From the human T2T-CHM13v2.0 reference genome, Homo sapiens: a stretch of 64,000 nucleotides of DNA. Where the stretch lies: assembly GCF_009914755.1 (NCBI RefSeq), contig NC_060932.1, one strand, 5' to 3'. This document shows positions 53,560 through 64,000 of the stretch, in pieces. Below the pieces are notes generated by a model. The model saw only the letters and a program-made list of their open reading frames with translations, had not been told where the DNA came from and made no database searches. Position 1 is the first letter of the stretch, and each line of letters opens with the position of its first letter. The position numbers and the translations under genes are program-made.

Positions 53560-53836
53560 GTAATTGCAAAAACTAAGACAATGCCACTATTCTCAAAAAA
53601 TTTTTGTTTCTGTTGGAAAATATAGTTGTCATCTTACATATTTTTATTTAACATGTTATTTACGGTAATATGTAATAGGTTTCTTATTGTCATTTTAAAC
53701 GAATTAATGTTTTAATAATTACTCAATTTTAATTCCTAATATTCTTAAAAACATATATAGCTCCTATACAAAAACCATTCTTTGGATTCCTCAATAACTG
53801 TGGAGTCCTGCGACCCGAAAGTTTGGAAACTGCTGC
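53560..53836 (+). mobile_element. Charlie1-type hAT 3' end
   Basis: Homologous to 9540-10192; ends ggagtcctgcgacccgaaagtttggaaactgctg. Confidence 0.65.
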
Positions 53837-54074
53837 TAAACAGAATTATCTTATGCTAATATACCATAATTTATTCATCTATTCTATTGCTGATGGCCAT
53901 AGGGTTGTTTCTAGTCTGGGATTATAACCAATAAGGATGCTATGAATATTCTTGTACATGTCTTTTGTCACACATTATATACCTGTTGAGTTCATATCTA
54001 GAGGCAGAATTCCTGGGCCACAGGACATGTTTACATACAGCTTTAATAGACACTGTTTTCCAAGTGGCTTTCAG

Positions 54075-54336
54075 CATTTAAAATGTGGTTAGTTGAATTG
54101 AGATGGGCTGTAAGTATAAAATTTACAACGGATTTTGAAGACTGAGCATGAAAAACATAATGTAGAGCTTCTCATTAATAATTACTTTCTACTGATCACG
54201 TGTTGAAATGATAGTATTTTAGATATATTAGTTTTAAAATATTAACATTAATTTCACCTGTTTCTTTTTTTTAAATGTGGTTAATAGAAAATTCAAAACT
54301 ACATATGTGATTTACACTTGAGGCTCACATTATATC
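54075..54336. mobile_element. MER33-like hAT MITE
   Basis: aattgagatgggctgtaagtataaaa...ggattttgaagact...gttgaaatgatagtattttagatatatt. Confidence 0.7.
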
Positions 54337-56973
54337 TGAGATGCTTCTAAGAAGGGCACTTAGTTTTGAGGAACCAGGAAGACTCCCCAAAGGAGGCAGC
54401 AATGGGAAGAAAGCTGAAGGACAGCAGGAGTTAACCTAGAGAAGAAAGTGGTGGAGAAAGAAATAAGGCAGGCAGAGGGAACAGCGTGTATAAAGACTGG
54501 AAGTCACAAGTATGGCAGGAACATGGTGTGGGAGAGGGGGAAGGGCAGGGGTGAAGGGGAATGACCAAGATGAGGCAGAAAGATAAAAACTAGCCAGATC
54601 CCCTGCCCCTGAGTGATCATTCCTGCTTGCAGGGCACAGAGAAGGAATCCAGATCCACCAGTGCCCTGCCCCCAAGCCAACATCAGCTTCAGTGTGACTA
54701 GAGCCCCAAGCCAACATCACCTCCAGTTACCAGCAGCAGGTCCCTGACACCCTGACCAGCTGCATTGCCTCCACCACTGTGGTGAACACCCACAGGAAGG
54801 CAGGCACCCTGGCACTGCTAGTGCTCTGCCACAGGTGCTGCAAGTTGGTCCCCCAATCCAGCGCAGTGGATTTCGAAGCCTTGAAGAACCAGAGAACAAA
54901 GTCGGGGCCCAATACAAGTCCCCCAGAGTTAAGAGCAAGCCGTCCAGGAGTCGGGAGCTGAGCACTGGCCCCCTAAAATCTTCCAGAAATGAAGTCAGTC
55001 AGCTGGATCCACCTTATACCACAAACACTCGAAGTTATCAAATAGGATAAAAGGGAAAAAAAAATCCAAAGATCAGAAACCTCAAAGATTGAGGGTAGCA
55101 GGCCCACAAGATGAGTAAGAACCAGAGCAAGAACTCTGAAAACTCAAAAAGCCAGAGTGCCTTTTTCCCTCCAAATGACCACATCACCTCTCCAGCAAGG
55201 GTTCTGAACTGGGCTAAGATGACTGAATGACAGAAATAGAAATTTGAATATGAATAGTAACAAAGATCACTGGGCTACAGGAGTACGTTGAAACCCAATC
55301 CAAAGAAGCTAAAAATCATGATAAAACAACGCTGGAACTGACAGACAACAGCCACTACAGAAAAGAATGTAACAGACCTGATAGAGCTGAAAAACACACT
55401 TTAAGAATTTCATAATGCAATCATAAGTATTAATAGCAGAACAGACCAAGCAGAGGAAAGAATCTCAGAGCTTGAAGACTGGCGTTCTGAAACAAGATAG
55501 TCAGACAAGAACAGAAAAAAGAATGAATAGGAACAAACAAAACCTCTGAGAAATAAGGGATTATGTAAAGAGATCAAATCCACAACTCATTGGTGTCTCT
55601 GAAAGAGATGGGGAAAATGGAACCAACTTGGTAAACATATTTCAGGATATCATCCATGAGAACTTCCCCAACCTAGCTAGAGAAGCCAACGTTCAAATTG
55701 AGAAAATGCAGAGAACTCAAGTAAGACATTTCAAAAGATCATCCCCAAGGTGTGTAATCATCAGATTCTCCAAGGTCAAAATGAAAGAAAAAATATTAAA
55801 GGTAGCTAGAGAGAAAAAGCAGGTCACCTACAAAGGGAAGTCCATCAGACTAACAGCACACCTCTCAGCAGCAACTCTACAAGCCAGAAGAGACTGGGGG
55901 CCAATATTCAAAATTCTTAAAGAAATTCCAGCCCAGAATTTCATATCTTGCCAAAGCGTCATAAGCAAAGGAGAAATAAGATCCTTTTCAGACATGCGAA
56001 TGCTGAAGGAATTCGTTACCACCAGACGTGCTGTGCAAGGGCTCCTGAATGAAGCACTAAACATGGGAAGGAAGGACCATTACCAGCCACTACAAAAGCA
56101 CACTGAAGTATACAGACCAATGACACTATAAAGCAACTGCATAAACAAGTCTGCAAAATAACCAGGAAACATCATGATGACAGGATCAAATCCACACATA
56201 TCAATACTAAGCTTGAATGTAAATGGAATAAATGCCCCAAGTAAAAGACACAGAATGGCAAGCTGGATAAAGAACCAAGATGCATAGGTATGGTATCTTC
56301 AAGAGACTCATCTCACATCCAATGACACACATAGGTTTAAAATAAAGAGAGAAAAATCTACCAAGCAAATGGAAAAAAGAAAAAAGCAATCCTAGTTTCA
56401 GATAAAATGGACTTTAAAACACAGATCGAAAAAGACAAAGAAGAACATTACATAATGGTAATGGGTTCAATTCAACAGGAAGATTTTAAATATATATGCA
56501 CTCAACACAGGAGCACCCAGATTCATAAGGCAAGTTCTTAGAGACCTTCAAAGAGACTTAGACTCCCACATAATAATAGTGGGAGACTTTAACACCTCAC
56601 TGACAGTATTAGATCATCAAAACAGAAAATTAACAAAGATATTCAGGACCTGAATTCAGCACTAGATCAAACAGACCTGACAGATATCTACAGAATTATC
56701 CGCCCTAAAACAGAATATACATGTTTCTCATTGCCAGATGGCACGTACTCTAAAATTGATTACATAATCAGAAGCAAAACACTCCTCAGCAAATACAAAA
56801 GAAATGAAATAGTAAAAAACAATCTCTTGAACCATAGTGCAATCAAATTAGGAATCAAGACTAAGAGACTCACTAAAAACCATACAATTACATGAAAATT
56901 AAATAATCTGCTCCTGAATGACTTTTGGGTAAATAATAAAATTCAGGCAGAAATCAAGAAGTTCTTGGAAACA

Positions 56974-57338
<365 letters not shown>

Positions 57339-59680
57339 CTAAGGCAGTATTAAAAGGGAAATTTATAGCACTAAATGCCCACATCAAAAAGTTAGAAAGA
57401 TTGCAAATTAACAACTTAACATCACAACTAAAAGAACTAGAGAACCAAGAGCAAACAAATCCCAAAGCTAGTAAAGACAAGAAATAACCAAAATCAGAGA
57501 TGAACTGAAGGAGACTGAGATGCAAAAAACCATTCAAAACATCAACAAATCCAGGAGCTGGTTTTTTTTTTGAAAAAATTAATAAAACAGACCACTAGCT
57601 AGGCTAATAAAGAAGAGAGAAAATTCAAATGAGCACAATCAGAAACAACAAAGGGGATACTACCACAGACCCCACAGAAATACAATCATCAGAGAATGTT
57701 GCAAACACCTGTATGCACATAAACTAGAAAAATCTAGAAGAAATGGATAAATTACTGGACACATACACCTTCCTAAGACTAAACCAGGAAAAAAACTGAA
57801 TCCCTGAACAAGCTAATAACAAACTCTGAAATTAAGTCAGTAATAAACAGCCTACCAACCAAAAAATGCCCAGATGGATTCACAGCTGAATTCTACCAGA
57901 TGTACAAAGAAGAGCTGGTACTGTTCCTGCTGTAACTATTCAAAAAAATTGAAGAGGAAGGGCTCCCTCCTAACTCATTCTATGAGGTCAGCATCATCCT
58001 GATACCAAAACCTGATGGCGGTTTTGGTATTAAAAAAACAAACAAGCAAAAACAAAAAACTTACTGGCAACAAAAGAAAACATCAGGCCAATATTCTTCA
58101 TGAACACTGATGCAAAAATCCTCAAAAAATACTTGCAAACCAAATCCAGTAGCACATCAAAAAGCTTATCCACCGTGATCAAATAGGCTTTATCCCTGGG
58201 ATGCAAGGTTGATTCAACATATGCAAATCAATAAATGTGATTCATCGCATAAAGAGAGCTAAAGACAAAAACCACATGATTATCTTGACAGATGCAGAAA
58301 GGGCTTTTGATGAAACTCCACACCCCTTCATATTAAAAACTCTCAGTAAACAAGGTATTAAGAAATATACCTCAAAATAATAAGAGCCGTCTATGACAAA
58401 CAAACCCACAACCAACATCATAATGAATGGGCAAAAGCTGGAAGCATGACCCCTGAAAACCGACACAAGACAAGGATGCCCTCTCTCACCACTGCTATTC
58501 AACATAGTACTGGAAGTCTCGGTTAGGGTAATCAAGCAAAAGAAATAAATAAAGCGCATCTAAATAGGAAGAGAGGATGTCAAATTATCCCTGTTTGCAA
58601 ATGACATGATCCTATATGTAGAAAACCCCATAGTCTCGGGCCCAAAGCTTCTTAAGCTGGTAACTACTTCAGCAAATTCACAGGATATAAAATCAATGTG
58701 CAAATATCACTAACATTCCTATACACCAACAACAGTCAAGCTGAAGCCAAATCAGGAATGTAATTCCATTCACAACTGCCATAAAAAGAATAAAATACCC
58801 AGGAACACAGCTAACCAGGGAGGTGAAAGATCTCTAGAAGGAGAACTATAAAACTACGCTTACAGAAATCAGAAATGACACAAACAAATGAAAAAACATT
58901 CTATGTTTATGGGTAAGAAGAATCAATACTGTTAAAATGGCCATACTGCCCAAACCAATTTACAGATTCAATGCTATTCCTATTAAATGACCATTGACAT
59001 TCTTCACAGAACTAGAAGAAACTATTTTAAAATTCATATAGAACCAAAAAAGAGCCCAAATAGCAGAGGTAATCCTAAGCAAACAGAAGAAAGCTGAAGA
59101 AATCATGCTACCCAACTTCAAACTACACTACAGGTCTACAGTAACCAAAACTGCATGGTACTCGTACAAAAACAGACACATAGACCAATGGAACACAATA
59201 GAGAACCCAGAAATAAGGCAGCACATCTACAACTAACTGATCTTCAACAAACTTGACAAAAATGAGCCATAGGAAAAGGATTCCTTATTCAATAAATGGT
59301 GCTGGGGTAACCGGCTAGTCATATGCAGAGGACTGAAACTGGACCCCTCCTTACACCATATACAAAAATTAACTCAAGACGGATTGAAGACTTAAATATA
59401 AAACCCAAAACTATAAAAACCCTGGAAGACAAGCTAGGCAATACCATTCTAGACACAAAAATAGGCAAAGATCTCAGGATAAAGATGCCAAAAGCAATTG
59501 CAACAAATGCAAAAATTGACAAATGGAATCTAATTAAACTGACGAGCTTCTGTCCAGCAAAGGAAACGGTCAACAGAGTGAATAGGCTACCTACAGAATG
59601 GGAGAAAATTTTTGCAAACTACGCATCTGACAAAGATTCATAATTTGCAAAATATCCAGCATCTATTAAGAACTAATCTA

Positions 59681-60006
<326 letters not shown>

Positions 60007-62289
60007 TAATCTAAATCTATAAAGAACTTAAAACACATTTACAAGAAAAAAACCCATTGAAAACCGGGTAAAGGACATGAACACTTTTCAAAAAAAGACA
60101 TACATACAGCCAACAATCATATGAAATATAGCTCAACATCACCAATCAGAGAAATGCAAATCAAAACCACAATGAGATACCATCTCACACCAGTCAGAAT
60201 GGCTAATTATTAAAAGGTCAAAAAAATAACAAATGCTTGCGAGGTTGTGGTGAAAAAGGAATGCTTGTACACTGTTGGGAGAAGTGTAATTAGTTCAATC
60301 ATTGTGGAAGACAACGTGGCGACTCCTCAAAGACCTAAAAACAGAAATATCATTGACCCAGCAATCCCATTACTGGGAATACACCCAAAGGAATATAAAT
60401 TGTTCTATTATAAAGACACATGCATGTGTTATGTTCCTTGTAGCACTGATTCACAATAACAAAGACATGGAATTAACCTAAATGCCCATCAATGACAGAC
60501 TGGATAAAGAAAACGTGGTACACATATACCATAGAATACTATGTAGTCATAAAAAAGAACAAGAACATGTCCTTTACAGGAACTTGGATGGAGGTGGGGG
60601 CCATTATCCTTAGCAAACAAATGCAGGAACAGAAAACCAAATGCTGCATGTTCTCACTTATAAGTGGGAGCTAAATGATGAGAACACATGGACACATAGA
60701 GGAAGGGGAACAACACATACTGGGGCCTGTCAGAAGGTGGCGGGTGGGACAAAGGAGAGGATCAGAAAAAATAACTACTGGGTACTATATACGATATGAT
60801 GTACAGATATCACTAGATATGATGTAACATATCACTAGGTGATGAAATAATCTGTACAACAAACAGATTAATAATTATGTACAACAAACCCCCATGTAAT
60901 AATTGTGTACAACAAACCCCCATGACACAAGTTTACTTATATAACAAACCTGCACATGTACTCCTGAACTTAAAAGTGAAAAAAAAAAAACTAGCCAGAT
61001 CATGAAAGCTCTGCTGAGTTTAATTTATATTTTAAGAACAGGGAACTGCTGTTGGGTTTTAAGCAAGAAAGTTACATTATCAGATCTGTACTTTAGATAA
61101 GTCACTCTGGCTACTGCTAAGTGTGATATGATTCAATCAGGACAAGACTAGAGCTAAGACTAGTTGGTGGCTGTTACAATAATGTAGACAAAAAAAAAAT
61201 AATGGGCCTCTACACGAAGAGCACAGCAGTAGACAGACATGAACCTTAGGCAAAACTACTATTCTCAAAGCTTCAGTTTCTTCTAATAATACCTACCTCA
61301 CACAATGATTTTGAGAATTAATCATGGCATTTTTTGTATAGGTGTTCTGTATTCTCTTAGCAAAACTTTCACAAGCAATAATAATTTCACGAAACAATTC
61401 TACTTCAAAATATATCAGATACAAAGATTATTCTTATGTTTTCTCCAATATATGTAAAAAGATGCCTTAACTATTAATGAAATTAAGTCAGATTATGAAA
61501 GGTTTACTCACTTATATTTGAAAAAGTAAATTCCAACTACTAAACATCCTATTGTGCTCCATTTAATCCTAATATTAAAAGATTGGCATCATTTTTAATT
61601 TCTCTAAAAACTGAAATGTAAGTGAATTAAAGGTAGGTATCAAGTTAGTCTCACTCAATGACAAAACATGAGCATAAAACAATTTCACATCTTCACCAAA
61701 CTGATACCAGCAAGTAAATGAGTTATTAACTATTTAAGAGGAAAACTAGAAAACTCTTTTGTCAGTTTTATTTACTTTGAAGTTTTGGGACCTACTAAAG
61801 TTATATCTTCTGTAAAGCTACACAATAAAAAAAAAAGATAAAAGCTCAATTTTTCCAAATCTGCTCTGAAATTCACCAATCTTTTAATACATTCTTGCCT
61901 CTACCAAAGACAATCTGATTTCTAAAGCAATCTTTATTGATAGCTTAGCAGAAAGCATTTAACTTTGGCAAAAAGGTATTGGAAATCCAGCTTTTGCTCC
62001 ACCCTTTGCTTCTTGCCTGAAATACACTTAAAACATTGTAAAAAGTTATGTTCTATACTTATTTCATTGACAAAATGACTGCCCTCAGAACTGAGTTCTC
62101 CACAGAACCCTTCTTAAGGTTCCTCCCCTTGTAATTTAAGTCCATCTCTTCCTGTCATCTGCTGTACAACTATTCATAATATATGTGCTTGTATAGTGTT
62201 CATAGCCTTCTCTATTCTAGATTAAATAACAGAAATCTAACTTGCTAAGCGTCCAAACCATTCTACTGAATTGAGGGAACAAAAATCAC

Positions 62290-63350
62290 CCTCAACTTCT
62301 CATTCCTCCTCTTCACTGATGATCTTATGTCATATTACTTTGAGAAAATAAGAACGATCAGATGTAATGTCCACCTTCCCACCCCAAAACCTACAGACCT
62401 AAGTACACTTGCACCAATATTTTCTTCTTTACCTCTTACGGCAAGAGGAAAAATCCCCTTATCTCTATCAACAGGGCAACCTACACTCCTTTATCTCCAC
62501 TACTACTACCTTGGTCCAAGCTCCTGTTATCTCTCACCTGGATTACAGCCAAAATCTCCTAACTGATCATCCCATCTCTACTGTTTCCCACTTCACAACA
62601 ATACTCCACATAGTAGCAAATGTGACTGTTTCAAAACATAAATCACATTATGTCACTTAAATAGTTAAAATAAAACCCAAACTCTTTACCATGGATTCTA
62701 AATCCTAGAGTTTCTAAGTATTGCTCTAATCTCATCCTGTCACTCTCCCTTACAACCATTATGTTCCAGTTACAGTGTTTTTAGTAATTTATCTGCAACA
62801 TACCAGCTCTTTCCTGATCCTGGGCCTTTCATGCATTGTTCTCATATGTAAAGCTTTCTTACCCAACCATAACACAGTTAGCTATGCTTTAGGTCTCATA
62901 AACGTCCCTTCATGAAAAAGTCTTCCCCTAATTACTCTGTGCCTGTTACTCACTATCTCTGCCCCATGTCTGTTTCTTTGAGAGCACTTATTACAACTTA
63001 TTCATTAGACTATAAGCTCCATGAGGGCAGAAACTATGTGCATCAGGTTTTATCTAACACAGTGCTAGACATAAGCAAGGGCTCAATAAATATTTGCTAA
63101 ATGAACTAAGTGAAGAGACAGCCAGGGTTAGGCTACAATCCTGACTCTACTACTTCATACTGGTTTGACTTCAGTTAAGTCACAATATTTCTGTGTTTCA
63201 ATGTTCTCTTCCATAAAACAAAAGAAAGAGTACATATCTGACAGGATTGCCAAATAAGACCTACTAAAGATTAATTGGCAATAAATAAAGACTAATCACG
63301 CATCTTTCAATGTAAGTATTAAGTACTTGTAAGTAAATAAGTGCTATTAA
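62290..63350 (+). mobile_element. L2 3' region (to about 63110) followed by a MIR
   Basis: ctagacataagcaagggctcaataaatatttgctaaatgaa (L2 end); tagactataagctccatgagggcagaaact. Confidence 0.7.
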
Positions 63351-64000
63351 ACTTAATTTAATGTTAGTTTCCTTCCTTCCCTTCTATAACTTAGACAGTA
63401 AGAATTCCCTAAGCTAATACAGTATTGAAATAATATATTTATATATACTTAAAAAGAAGAGACTCTGATAACATGTATTTGAATAGATACATTGGTAATT
63501 TGTATTTGCAGGATCTAATCCTAAATTTTAGAAAATGGGAATAAATAATGTACATCTATTACTTAACTCTCTCAAAAAGCAGGGAGTGATAAGGAGAAAA
63601 GAAGAAAAACAGAAAAGAAAGGTAACCTTAGAAATTAGAGATCATCAACTTCCAATTCCTAAATTTAGAACAACCTTCCTCTTCTTATAAAGACTTGCAG
63701 TAAGAACAGGATTAATATCTAAAATAAAAATATTCTATGTTTACTTAAATCTATATAATTCTCACTTATATTTCATATATATTTTTACTGAACTTTCACC
63801 CCTTAAATTGTGGTATCACTGGTAAAGTGGGGAAAAAAAAAAGGAACAACATCTCATATCAGAAACACAAAAAGGCCCTCTTGTTCCCTTAATATTTTAA
63901 TAAGCTTTAAATTTTCTAATTACAAAAGTAAATCTCAACATTTTCTTTAACTGCTGCTCACTTTTCAGGCTAAAATCCCTTTTATGTTCTTCAAAAGAAA

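Noticed and set aside
54436-55050. Overlapping ORFs in a GC-richer patch
   Set aside because: L2 remnant plus the 5'UTR of the TSD-bounded L1.

Overview
This is human/primate genomic DNA, almost entirely intronic and transposon-derived. The only host coding feature is a 57-bp minus-strand exon (11402-11458, ag|...|gtaagt) translating to (G)NGALAEHSENVHISGVST(A). I recognise this as the in-frame cassette exon 2 of LRP12, so 1-11401 is intron 2 and 11459-64000 is intron 1. Intron 1 carries a processed NDUFA5 pseudogene, a full-length L1PB1, a near full-length L1PA13/L1PREC2-type L1, a full-length Tigger1 and a 1.75-kb AT-rich palindromic minisatellite; a 5'-truncated L1PA3 lies in intron 2. There are 13 Alu/FLAM copies and many MaLR LTR, MER, MIR and L2 remnants. 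The long ORFs in the track are broken L1 or Tigger fragments or Alu noise. I found no new gene system. The best second-look items are RBFOX motifs downstream of the cassette exon, a candidate L1PB1 3' transduction, a complex templated insertion (42652-42974), several fold-back junctions, and the PATRR-like array. Repeat subfamily names and gene identities come from recalled consensus or protein sequences, not from a database search.
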